This document shows positions 9,014 through 17,587 of a stretch of DNA of 40,339 nt, piece after piece. Under the pieces are notes generated by a model. It searched no databases, had not been told where the DNA came from, and saw nothing but the letters and a program-made list of their open reading frames with translations. Source of the stretch: Caldimonas sp. (GTDB lineage: Bacteria > Pseudomonadota > Gammaproteobacteria > Burkholderiales > Burkholderiaceae_C); contig DATIDZ010000260.1 in NCBI GenBank assembly GCA_035456045.1, forward strand, positions 1 through 40,339, written 5' to 3'. The first letter of the stretch is position 1. Each line of letters starts with the position of its first letter. Made by a program: the position numbers and the translations under genes.

Positions 9014-9802
9014 ATGCGTGAAAACAAGCTTCGTCGACTCTGGAAATCCGGCGGCGCCGCCGTCAACGGCTGGCTCGCGATCCCGAACAGCTTCTCGGCC
9101 GAGACGATGGCGCACCAGGGCTGGGACTCGCTCACCGTCGATCTCCAGCACGGGGTCGTCGACTACCAGGCGATGCTGACGATGCTTCAGGCGATCTCGA
9201 CCACCGACACGGTGCCGGTCGTGCGCGTGCCGTGGCTTGAGCCCGGCATCCTGATGAAGGCACTCGACGCCGGCGCCTACGCCGTCATCTGCCCGATGGT
9301 GAACTCGCGCATCGACGCGCAGAACCTGGTCGCGTGGACGCACTACGCGCCGCAGGGCACGCGCAGCTTCGGCCCGATCCGGGCGACGCTGTACGGCGGT
9401 GCCGACTACCCGCAGCACGCCAACCAGACGATCGTCACGCTGGCGATGATCGAGACCGCGAAGGCGGTCGAGAACCTCGACGAGATCCTCTCGGTCGAAG
9501 GGCTCGACGCGATCTACATCGGCCCCTCGGACCTCTCGCTCTCGCTCGGCTGCAAGGTCGCGATGGACGACCTCGAGCCCAAGGCGACGCAGGCGGTGGA
9601 CCACATCCTCGCGCGCGCCAGGGCGCACGGCGTCGTCGCCGGCATCCACAACGCGACGCCCGAGTCGGCGCTCCGGCGCATCGCCAAGGGCTTCCAGTTC
9701 GTCACCGTCAGCTCCGATGCGCGCCTGATGGCGACCGGCGCGCAGCAGGTGATGGCGGCGATGCGCGCGGCGAAGTCGCCCGGCGCGCCCGACATGTACT
9801 GA
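9014..9802 (+). CDS. HpcH/HpaI-family class II aldolase (probable 5-keto-4-deoxy-glucarate aldolase)
   Basis: TVDLQHG, PVVRVP, KALDAGAYAVICPMV, YAPQGTRSFG, AMIET, IYIGPSDLSLS; sits in the GudD operon. Confidence 0.88.
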   Translation: MRENKLRRLWKSGGAAVNGWLAIPNSFSAETMAHQGWDSLTVDLQHGVVDYQAMLTMLQAISTTDTVPVVRVPWLEPGILMKALDAGAYAVICPMVNSRIDAQNLVAWTHYAPQGTRSFGPIRATLYGGADYPQHANQTIVTLAMIETAKAVENLDEILSVEGLDAIYIGPSDLSLSLGCKVAMDDLEPKATQAVDHILARARAHGVVAGIHNATPESALRRIAKGFQFVTVSSDARLMATGAQQVMAAMRAAKSPGAPDMY

Positions 9803-9849
9803 TATCGGATACCGAAGTCAGCGACCGTTCGCACCACGCAAGGACCTCC

Positions 9850-10749
9850 ATGAAGATCGGATTCATCGGCCTCGGCATCATGGGCGCGCCGATGGCGCTC
9901 CACCTCGTCGACGCCGGCCACCAGCTGTTCGTCAAGTCGGGCCGCACGATCCCGGAAAGCATCGCCGCGACGTCGGCGATCGCCTGCGCCAGCCCGGCCG
10001 AGGTGACGCGGCAGGCCGAGGTCGTCTTCCTCATGCTGCCCGACACGCCCGACGTCGAGTCGGTGCTGTTCGGCGAAGGCGGCGTCGCCTCGGCGCTGCA
10101 GGCGGGCGCCGGCGGCGCGCGCAAGGTGATCGTCGACATGAGCTCGATCTCGCCGATGGCGACCAAGGCGTTCGCGCAGAAGATCAACGCCGCCGGCGCC
10201 GACTACATCGACGCGCCGGTGTCGGGCGGCGAGGTCGGCGCCAAGGCCGCGTCGCTGACGATCATGTGCGGCGGCGACGCTGCGGTGTTCGAGAAGGTGC
10301 GGCCGCTGCTCGAGAAGATGGGCAAGAACATCACGCTCGTCGGCGGCAACGGCGACGGCCAGACGACCAAGGTCGCCAACCAGATCATCGTCGCGCTCAA
10401 CATCGCCGCCGTCGGCGAGGCGCTGCTGTTCGCGAGCAAGGCCGGCGCCGATCCGGCCAAGGTGCGCCAGGCGCTGATGGGGGGCTTCGCGTCGAGCCGC
10501 ATCCTCGAGGTGCATGGCGAGCGGATGATCAAGCGCACGTTCAATCCCGGCTTTCGCATCCGGCTCCACCAGAAGGACCTCGGCCTCGCGCTGCAGGGCG
10601 CGCGCGAGCTCGGCGTGTCGCTGCCGCAGACCGCGAACGCGGCGCAGCTGATGCAGGCGTGCGCCGCGAACGGCATGGCCGATCTCGATCACTCGGCGCT
10701 CGTCAAGGCGCTCGAGCTGATGGCGGCGCATCAGGTCGCGCCGGGCTGA
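9850..10749 (+). CDS. glxR: 2-hydroxy-3-oxopropionate (tartronate semialdehyde) reductase
   Basis: MKIGFIGLGIMGAPMA, DMSSISP, DAPVSGGEVGA, GQTTKVANQI, ILEVHGERMIKRTFNPGFRI. AAGGA RBS before the ATG at 9850. Confidence 0.9.
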   Translation: MKIGFIGLGIMGAPMALHLVDAGHQLFVKSGRTIPESIAATSAIACASPAEVTRQAEVVFLMLPDTPDVESVLFGEGGVASALQAGAGGARKVIVDMSSISPMATKAFAQKINAAGADYIDAPVSGGEVGAKAASLTIMCGGDAAVFEKVRPLLEKMGKNITLVGGNGDGQTTKVANQIIVALNIAAVGEALLFASKAGADPAKVRQALMGGFASSRILEVHGERMIKRTFNPGFRIRLHQKDLGLALQGARELGVSLPQTANAAQLMQACAANGMADLDHSALVKALELMAAHQVAPG

Positions 10750-10883
10750 GGTTGCCTCGGCGACCCGTAGGGCGCCCGGCTACTCGCGACCCTTCTGCGA
10801 CGTTCGGCGCCTAGGCAGTATTCGCCGCGCACGAGACATCCGCGACCCGTCCCGCAACGGCTCGCTGGAGCACGAACGTGCGG

Positions 10884-12647
10884 TCAGGCCGCCGACCCGG
10901 GTGAGCGTTCCACCTGACGCTGCAGTGCCGCCCAACGCAGAGCCTGCCACTCGACGCCCGCGGCCTGGAGCGCGTTGCGCAGCGCGAAGACCTCGTCGGA
11001 GCGCATGGCTCGGCCGTCGCGCTGCTTGCCGATCAGCATGAACGCGTCGAGATCGCGCTGGCGCGACAGCACGATCGCCAGTTCCCCCGGAAGCGCCGAG
11101 TGCACCTCCTCCCGGCTGGCCACCGACTGGCCGGCACGCAGGGCCACGGCCAGCGGCTCGTCGGCCACCAAGGCGTCCGGTGCATCGACCGACGCCCCCG
11201 GCTGGCGACGGAAACTGCCGTCACCCTGGCGCACGTACAGCACGGCACCGGCACCACACGTGAAGCGGTCGAGCGCGCCGACGAGGGCCTGGCCCAGGGC
11301 CGACGCCTCGGTGTAGCCGCGGGCCTCGGCAGCAAAGCGCGCGAGGTCGATTTCGCGCGCCACCCACTGACCGAAGAACAGGCGGTCGATCATCCACTCG
11401 GCACCGGCCTTCACCTTCGGATAGGCGAGCACCACCAGTGCGGCCAGCAAGGCACTGAGCAGGCCCGCCTTGGCCGGATCGTCGAAGTGGAGCAGCCGCC
11501 CGATCAGCACGTTCAAGAAATGGAAGCTGCCCAGCAGCACCGCGCCGACGACGGTGAAGACCAGCGAGCGGTTCAGCGCCAAGCCCATGTCGAGCACGCG
11601 GTGGCGCAGGATCGCGTAGGTCAGGCCGATCAGCGCCAGCAGCGATCCCAGCACCGACAAGTGCTCGAGCCAGGAGGCGGTGTCGGGGTCGTCGAAGATC
11701 TGGCCCACCCAGGTGAGGTAGCTCACCGACCACATCAGCGCGAACGATCCCAGCAACCAACCGAAGCGCTGCCGCAGTTCGCCGCTGCTGCGCCGCATGC
11801 CGTCCCAGAACGCGACGAGCATCAGCGCGCCCGCAGCGCCCACATAGGGCACCGTGGCCCACGAGAACAGGGCTGGCGAAACCCGTCCGAGGCCGCTGGC
11901 CACCGCCACGATCTCGACGGGGATCAGCGCCACCAGAAACAGCGGCAAGCAGCGGCGCAGGACCCGGCGGACGCCCTGCGGCCGCTCGTTCGGGTAGTGG
12001 ATCGCGAACCACAGGCCGAGATACCAGCCGGGCATCAATGCGGCCGATTGCATCAGGCTGACCAGGGCCGCTGGCCAATCCGCCGGTGCGTAGCCGCGGC
12101 CCAGGTTCGCGGACCACCACAAGAAGGCCAGTGCCAGCGCGCGGCTGGTGGTCACCTCGGCTTGCCTGAGCCCGATCACCAGGCCGAGCAGCGTGCCCAG
12201 GCCGCACAACACCGCGTTCATCCCGAAGTGCCACCGATCGAGGCTCTCGATGGCTCGCTCGCTCGCCGTGATCTGCACCGGCAGGATCTGCCCGTCGCGG
12301 ACGACGGTGTACGGGATCACCTCGCCGGGCCGGAAACGGCGACCGAAGTCGTACCAATGATCGGGTCGGAGCACGTCGCCGACGCGGACGCCGGCCTGCG
12401 GCGCCTGCGACCAGGGCTCGAACGAGCGCACCAGCCGGAACTCCTGCCCCGCATGCATGACGGTGACGGCGCGCAGGCCGAGCCGGCCTTCGGTGCCGCG
12501 TGAGAACGCCGCCGCAGCGGCCGCGCCCTCGATCGCCATCACCGTCGCCGAGAACAGGCTGAATGCGATCAGCAGCGCCTTCCAGCGGCCAACGCCAATG
12601 TCCAACCCGGCGCGCAGCAAGTCCATGGGCGGCGATGGTAGGGGCAC
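10884..12647 (-). CDS. Multi-pass membrane protein: PDZ-like periplasmic domain, TM bundle and C-terminal GAF-like region, no catalytic output domain
   Basis: SQAPQAGVRVGDVLR...PGEVIPYTVVRDGQ is PDZ-like. About 9 hydrophobic helices follow, including YAILRHRVLDMGLALNRSLVF, then a soluble tail of ~150 aa. GAGGA precedes the GTG at 12647. Confidence 0.75.
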   Translation of the reverse strand: MPLPSPPMDLLRAGLDIGVGRWKALLIAFSLFSATVMAIEGAAAAAAFSRGTEGRLGLRAVTVMHAGQEFRLVRSFEPWSQAPQAGVRVGDVLRPDHWYDFGRRFRPGEVIPYTVVRDGQILPVQITASERAIESLDRWHFGMNAVLCGLGTLLGLVIGLRQAEVTTSRALALAFLWWSANLGRGYAPADWPAALVSLMQSAALMPGWYLGLWFAIHYPNERPQGVRRVLRRCLPLFLVALIPVEIVAVASGLGRVSPALFSWATVPYVGAAGALMLVAFWDGMRRSSGELRQRFGWLLGSFALMWSVSYLTWVGQIFDDPDTASWLEHLSVLGSLLALIGLTYAILRHRVLDMGLALNRSLVFTVVGAVLLGSFHFLNVLIGRLLHFDDPAKAGLLSALLAALVVLAYPKVKAGAEWMIDRLFFGQWVAREIDLARFAAEARGYTEASALGQALVGALDRFTCGAGAVLYVRQGDGSFRRQPGASVDAPDALVADEPLAVALRAGQSVASREEVHSALPGELAIVLSRQRDLDAFMLIGKQRDGRAMRSDEVFALRNALQAAGVEWQALRWAALQRQVERSPGSAA

Positions 12648-12700
12648 GCGCGGTCCTCGGGCTCGCCACCTCGGCGACTCACGTCGACGGTGTCCGTCAG

Positions 12701-13225
12701 CTACCCGATCTGCACCGATTCAACCCCTCCGCCGGCCTGCGCGACCACCGCGTCGCCGATCCGGATCGTCGCGCCCTCGATCACGCGCGCGGTGATGCCG
12801 CCGAGCCCGCGCATCGCGTTGTAGCCGCCCGGGCCGAGGACCTCTTCCATGCGCGAGCACGGATGGCACTCGCCGCTTGCCTCGAGCAGCGCCGCGCCGA
12901 GGCGAAATCGGCGGCCCTTGAGCGCGACCAGGTTGATGCCGCGGACGACGACGTTGCGGCGCACCTCGTCGCCGTCGACGCGCTCGCGACCGAGGTGGCT
13001 GGCGATCGCGGCCAGGCTCTCGGCCTCGATCAGCGTGAGCTGGCGCGCACCGCCCGCGTTGGCGTAGCGATCGCCGACGAGGCCCCGGCCGGCGGCCAGC
13101 AGCGCAGCCGGCTCGGCGCGCATCGGCTCCCGGCGCGCCGGGCGGGCACCGATCCACACGACGACGCCGGCACGGACCGGCGCCTCGATCAGGCGAGCGA
13201 GCGAAGAGGCAGGGTTGAACGGCAT
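12701..13225 (-). CDS. MOSC domain protein
   Basis: GLVGDRY, RQLTLI, RRNVVVRGINL, GECHPCSRMEE, GGITARVIEGATIRIGD. Confidence 0.92.
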   Translation of the reverse strand: MPFNPASSLARLIEAPVRAGVVVWIGARPARREPMRAEPAALLAAGRGLVGDRYANAGGARQLTLIEAESLAAIASHLGRERVDGDEVRRNVVVRGINLVALKGRRFRLGAALLEASGECHPCSRMEEVLGPGGYNAMRGLGGITARVIEGATIRIGDAVVAQAGGGVESVQIG

Positions 13226-13267
13226 GGCGTCTCGAATGGGGCCATCGCGGGCGGGCTGCCCGCGCGG

Positions 13268-13284
13268 CGTAAGGTTTCGCTAAG
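13268..13284. promoter_or_regulatory. Direct repeat with 11-bp period (CGTAAG-N5-GCTAAG), possible OmpR/PhoB-type binding site
   Basis: AT-rich CGTAAGGTTTCGCTAAG in the MOSC/msrB divergent spacer, with TAAG at 13270 and 13281. Confidence 0.35.
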
Positions 13285-13319
13285 CTCCGGCGACTGGACC
13301 TGCGACAAGGAGAAAGCGA

Positions 13320-13772
13320 ATGCCCGCCCCCTATCGAAAGAGCCCCGAGGCGATCGCCCGCCTCAGCAAGGAACAGTATCGCGTCACCCAGGAAAGCGCG
13401 ACCGAGCGGCCGGGAACCGGCGAATACCTCGACAACCACGAGCCCGGCATCTACGTCGACATCGTCTCGGGCGAGCCGCTGTTCGCGTCGAGCGACAAGT
13501 TCGAGTCGGGCTGCGGCTGGCCGAGCTTCACCAAGCCCATCGAGCCGGCCAACGTCAACGAGCTGAGGGACATGTCGTACGGCATGGTCCGCACCGAAGT
13601 GCGCTCGGCGCACGGCGACAGCCACCTCGGCCACGTCTTCGACGACGGCCCGCGCGACCGCGGCGGCCTGCGCTACTGCATCAACTCGGCGTCGCTGCGC
13701 TTCGTCCACCGTGACGACATGGAGAAGGAAGGCTACGGCGCGTATCTCGACCAGGTGGAGGAAGTGCGATGA
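13320..13772 (+). CDS. msrB: Peptide methionine-(R)-sulfoxide reductase (non-zinc type)
   Basis: [51 protein letters not shown]; AAGGAG RBS. Confidence 0.97.
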   Translation: MPAPYRKSPEAIARLSKEQYRVTQESATERPGTGEYLDNHEPGIYVDIVSGEPLFASSDKFESGCGWPSFTKPIEPANVNELRDMSYGMVRTEVRSAHGDSHLGHVFDDGPRDRGGLRYCINSASLRFVHRDDMEKEGYGAYLDQVEEVR

Positions 13773-14311
13773 GCGACACCGGCAACACGACCACCGAGCG
13801 CGCCGTCCTCGCCGGCGGCTGCTTCTGGGGCATGCAGGACCTGATCCGCAAGATGGACGGCGTCGTCTCGACGCGCGTCGGCTACAGCGGCGGCGACGTG
13901 CCGAACGCCACCTACCGCAACCACGGCACGCACGCCGAGGCGATCGAGATCGTCTTCGACCCGGCGCGCCTGAGCTACCGCCGGTTGCTCGAATTCTTCT
14001 TCCAGATCCACGATCCGACGACGAAGAACCGCCAAGGCAACGATCGCGGCATGAGCTACCGCTCGGCGATCTACTACACGAGCGATGCGCAGAAGCGCAC
14101 GGCCCAGGACACGATCGCCGACGTCGACGCGTCCGGCCTGTGGCCGGGCAAGGTCGTCACCGAGGTCGCGGCGGCGGGTCCGTTCTGGGAGGCCGAGCCC
14201 GAGCACCAGGACTACCTCGAGCGGATCCCGAACGGCTACACCTGCCACTTCGTCCGGCCGAACTGGCGGCTGCCGGTGCGCCAGGGCGCGACGGCGGCCG
14301 CGGGGCGCTAG
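13769..14311 (+). CDS. msrA: Peptide methionine-(S)-sulfoxide reductase
   Basis: [47 protein letters not shown]; ATGA overlap with msrB. Confidence 0.97.
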   Translation: MSDTGNTTTERAVLAGGCFWGMQDLIRKMDGVVSTRVGYSGGDVPNATYRNHGTHAEAIEIVFDPARLSYRRLLEFFFQIHDPTTKNRQGNDRGMSYRSAIYYTSDAQKRTAQDTIADVDASGLWPGKVVTEVAAAGPFWEAEPEHQDYLERIPNGYTCHFVRPNWRLPVRQGATAAAGR

Positions 14312-15450
14312 CCTGCGCTCGGATCGATCAGCACCTTCGACGCAGTCGCGCGCCGGCCATAGTCGGCGATCGCCTCCGCCTGCAGCGCGCCGGCGAGCGA
14401 GACGGTGCGCGTGTAGTGGCTGGCGAACGTCGTCTTCAGCTCGGCCGCGACGCGCGACCTGAGCGCTTGCGCGGCCTCGGCGCCGATGCGCTGCAGGAAC
14501 GGGAACAGGAGCCAGCCTCCCACCCCCCACGTCATGCCGAAGTTGCGCACGATCTCGGTCGGTCCGGTGTCGAGGCCGCCGTAGATGTAGACCTGCTTGT
14601 GCGTCGTCGAGCCGTAGCGGCTGTACTCCTTGGCGGCGCGGTTGATCGCGGCTTCCATCGCCCCGAGGATCTGTCCGGCCAGCCGGCCGCCGCCGATCGC
14701 GTCGAAGGCGAGCGTTGCGCCGGTCGCGGCCAGCGCGTCGGTGAGCTGCTCGACGAAGCGCGGCGATGCCGTGCTGACGACGTGGACCGCGCCCTGCTCG
14801 CGCAGCAGCGCTTCCTGCTCGGGCTTGCGGACGACGTTGACGAGGCCGATGCCGTCGGCGAGGCAGATGCGGTTGAGCATCTGGCCGAGGTTGGAAGCCG
14901 CCGCGGTGTGGACGAGCGCCTTGTGGCCTTCGCGCCGCATCGTCTCGGTCATGCCGAGGGCGGTGAGCGGATTGACGAAGCACGACGCGCCTTCGGCCGC
15001 GCTGGTTCCGGCCGGCAGCGGCAGGCACAGCTCGGCCTTGACGGTGCGGTACTGCGAGTACATCGCGCCGGCGAGCGCCGCGACGGTCCTGCCGAGCAAC
15101 GCGCTCGCTGCGGGACTGCTGCCCGCCGCGATCACCGTGCCCGCGCCTTCGTTGCCGACCGGCATCGACTGGCCGAGGCGGCCGGCCATCGCCTTCATCG
15201 CCGCCTCCGGAATTCGCGCTGTCGCCACCGTGCCCTCGCCGCTGCCGCGCACGGCGAGCGTCGCGAGGTCGGCGGCGCCGAACAGCAGGCCGATGTCGGA
15301 CGGATTGATCGGCGTCGCCTCGACGCGGATCACGACCTCGTCGGCGGCCGGCTCGGGGGTCGCGACGCGAACGAGCGAGAGCTCGAGCTCGCCGCTGTCC
15401 TTGACGAGGGAGCGAAGCTGGAGGCCGTCGCGGGGAAGGGGAGTCGTCAT
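14308..15450 (-). CDS. MDR-superfamily NAD(P)H oxidoreductase, non-zinc (enoyl/quinone reductase-like)
   Basis: [50 protein letters not shown]. Start set at MTTPLP (ATG 15450). Confidence 0.88.
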   Translation of the reverse strand: MTTPLPRDGLQLRSLVKDSGELELSLVRVATPEPAADEVVIRVEATPINPSDIGLLFGAADLATLAVRGSGEGTVATARIPEAAMKAMAGRLGQSMPVGNEGAGTVIAAGSSPAASALLGRTVAALAGAMYSQYRTVKAELCLPLPAGTSAAEGASCFVNPLTALGMTETMRREGHKALVHTAAASNLGQMLNRICLADGIGLVNVVRKPEQEALLREQGAVHVVSTASPRFVEQLTDALAATGATLAFDAIGGGRLAGQILGAMEAAINRAAKEYSRYGSTTHKQVYIYGGLDTGPTEIVRNFGMTWGVGGWLLFPFLQRIGAEAAQALRSRVAAELKTTFASHYTRTVSLAGALQAEAIADYGRRATASKVLIDPSAG

Positions 15451-15542
15451 GGGTCGCTTTCCGGTGGCAGGACCGAAAGCTACCACCAGCAGCGCCTCAG
15501 GGTTTTCGGACTGGACACCGTGATCATCGATGCGGACCATTC

Positions 15543-15558
15543 GTCCATGCATGTGAAC
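15543..15558. promoter_or_regulatory. Imperfect palindrome GTCCAT-GCAT-GTGAAC, putative IclR-family operator
   Basis: Directly upstream of the ATG at 15564; matches the site at 28119-28134 (TYCAT-N4-GTGRA). Confidence 0.55.
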
Positions 15559-15563
15559 ACCGC

Positions 15564-16676
15564 ATGAACAGCCGCCTCTGCGAGATGTTCGGGATCGAGG
15601 TGCCGATCTTCGCCTTCTCGCACTGCCGCGACGTCGTCGTCGAGGTCTCGAAGGCCGGCGGCCTGGGCGTGCTCGGCATGGCACGGATGAGCGCCGAGCG
15701 CGTCCATGACGAGCTGGCCTGGATCGACGCGCGCATCGGCGGCAAGCCGTACGGCATCGACATCCTCAACCCGGCGAGCTACGAAGACTTCGGCGACCGC
15801 AAGTTCGATCCCGAGCTCCTCTTTCCGAAGGCGCAGCGCGACTTCGTCCGCAACCTGCTCGACGAGGCGGGCATCCCGCCGCTGCCCGAAGCCGAGGCCG
15901 AGCAGATCATGAAGGCGATGGTCGGCGAGTTCACCTTCACGCCGGCCGAGAGCGCGCGGATGATCGACATCGCGCTCGAGCATCCGATCCGCCTCATCGT
16001 CAACGCGCTCGGCTCGCCGTCGCGCGCGCTGGTCGAGCGCGCGCACGCCCGCGGCATCAAGGTCGCGGCGATGGCCGGCGCGGTCAAGCACGCGCTGCGC
16101 CACCGGGACGTCGGCTGCGATCTCGTCATCGCCGTCGGCACCGAGGCGGGCGGCCACACCGGCTCGACGACGTCGATGGTGCTGTGGCCGCGCATCGTCG
16201 ACGCCGTCGCACCGTTGCCCGTGCTCGGCGCCGGCGGCGTCGGTCGCGGCCGGCAGATGGCCGCCGCCCTGGCGCTCGGCTGCGAAGGCGTCTGGTGCGG
16301 CTCGATCTGGCTGAAGACCGTCGAGAGCGAGGTGACGCCCGAGATCAAGGCGAAGATGTTCGAGGCCGGCTCGGAAGACGCGGTCCTGACGCGGACGGTG
16401 ACCGGCAAGCCGTGCCGCACGCTGCGCAGCGCGTTCACCGACGCGTGGGAGCAGCCCGGCGCGCCCGCGACGCTGCCGGCGCCGCTGCAGGCGCTGCTCT
16501 GGTGGGGCCAGGGACGCACGCGCGTCGAACGCGTCCGCGCCAGCGAGTTCCTGACCTACCCGGTGGGCCAGATCGTCGGCGACATGGGCGCCGAGACGTC
16601 GGTTCGCCACGTCGTCCACGAGATGCTGCTCGAGCTGCTCGAGTCGAAGGAGCGGCTCGACAGCCTGCTCGCCTAG
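15564..16676 (+). CDS. Nitronate monooxygenase/FabK-like flavin oxidoreductase
   Basis: PIFAFSHCRDVVVEVSKAGGLGVLG, GTEAGGHTG, PVLGAGGVGRGRQMAAALALGCEGVWCGSIWL, TGKPCR. Confidence 0.9.
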   Translation: MNSRLCEMFGIEVPIFAFSHCRDVVVEVSKAGGLGVLGMARMSAERVHDELAWIDARIGGKPYGIDILNPASYEDFGDRKFDPELLFPKAQRDFVRNLLDEAGIPPLPEAEAEQIMKAMVGEFTFTPAESARMIDIALEHPIRLIVNALGSPSRALVERAHARGIKVAAMAGAVKHALRHRDVGCDLVIAVGTEAGGHTGSTTSMVLWPRIVDAVAPLPVLGAGGVGRGRQMAAALALGCEGVWCGSIWLKTVESEVTPEIKAKMFEAGSEDAVLTRTVTGKPCRTLRSAFTDAWEQPGAPATLPAPLQALLWWGQGRTRVERVRASEFLTYPVGQIVGDMGAETSVRHVVHEMLLELLESKERLDSLLA

Positions 16677-16690
16677 CGCCAGAGAACGCC

Positions 16691-17587
16691 ATGCCCGTCA
16701 TCCGCAGCCTGTTTTTCGCCCCGGCGAACCGGCCCGACCTGGTCGCGAAGTTCCCGCGCTTCGCCGCCGACTGCTACGTCGTCGACCTTGAGGACGGCAC
16801 ACCGCCGGCGCACAAGGCGAGCGCGCGCACCGGCCTCTTTCAGCTCGTCGCCACCCTTCGCCAGCAGGCGCGACTGCCGGGCGTGCTCACCGTCCGCGTC
16901 AACGAGCCCGACTCCGACCACTACCTCGACGATCTCGCGGCGGCGCTGGCGAGTGACGTCGACGGCATCGTCATCCCCAAGCTCGAGCGCGCCGAGCAGC
17001 TGTTTCCGGCGCTGCACCGACTGCGCCGCCTCGAGCGCGACGCGCCGCGCAACGCGCCGCGCTTCATCGTCGGCGGACTCGAGTCGATCGCCGGCGTCGT
17101 CAACGCCGCGGCGCTCTGCGGCGCCGATCCCCTGCTCGCCGCGGTCTACTTCGGCGCGGAAGACCTGGCGAGCGAGCTCGGCGCGCGCCGCACGCCGGGC
17201 TCGGCCGAGGTGCAATACGCGCGATCGCACGTGCTGCTCCACGCCAAGGCGGCACGCATCGTCGCGATCGACCAGGCGGTGGTCGAGATCCGCGACGACC
17301 CGCATTTCGAGACCGATGCCAACGCAGGCCGCGACCTCGGCTACGACGGCAAGATCTGCCTCCTGCCGCGCCAGCTCGAGGTCGCCAACCGGGTCTTCAG
17401 CCCGAGCGACGCCGAGCTCGACCACGCGCGGCGCCTGATCGCCTGCTACGACGACGCGACGGCGCGCGGCATCGGCACGATCGACTTCGAAGGAAAGATG
17501 ATCGACGGCCCGCTCCTGAAGCGCGCCCAGCGCCTGGTCGCGTTCGGCGAGCACCTGCGCCGCGTGCAGGCCGGAGCGCCGAAGTGA
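16691..17587 (+). CDS. CitE/RipC-like acyl-CoA C-C lyase
   Basis: RSLFFAPANRP, VDLEDGTP, VRVN, VIPK, FGAEDLASELG, GYDGKICL, FSPS, GKMIDGP. Start at ATG 16691. Confidence 0.92.
   Translation: MPVIRSLFFAPANRPDLVAKFPRFAADCYVVDLEDGTPPAHKASARTGLFQLVATLRQQARLPGVLTVRVNEPDSDHYLDDLAAALASDVDGIVIPKLERAEQLFPALHRLRRLERDAPRNAPRFIVGGLESIAGVVNAAALCGADPLLAAVYFGAEDLASELGARRTPGSAEVQYARSHVLLHAKAARIVAIDQAVVEIRDDPHFETDANAGRDLGYDGKICLLPRQLEVANRVFSPSDAELDHARRLIACYDDATARGIGTIDFEGKMIDGPLLKRAQRLVAFGEHLRRVQAGAPK

Noticed and set aside
9334-9849. Apparent N-terminal extension of GlxR in the ORF track
   Set aside because: Overlaps the aldolase gene; the real start with RBS is at 9850. The same applies to the extended ORFs for CitE, crotonase, DctM, CaiB, SelO and HemG, which are not fusions.
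10750-10883. Possible sRNA or MITE in the glxR/receptor spacer
   Set aside because: Only imperfect 10-bp inverted matches; no target-site duplication, U-tract or recognisable RNA family.
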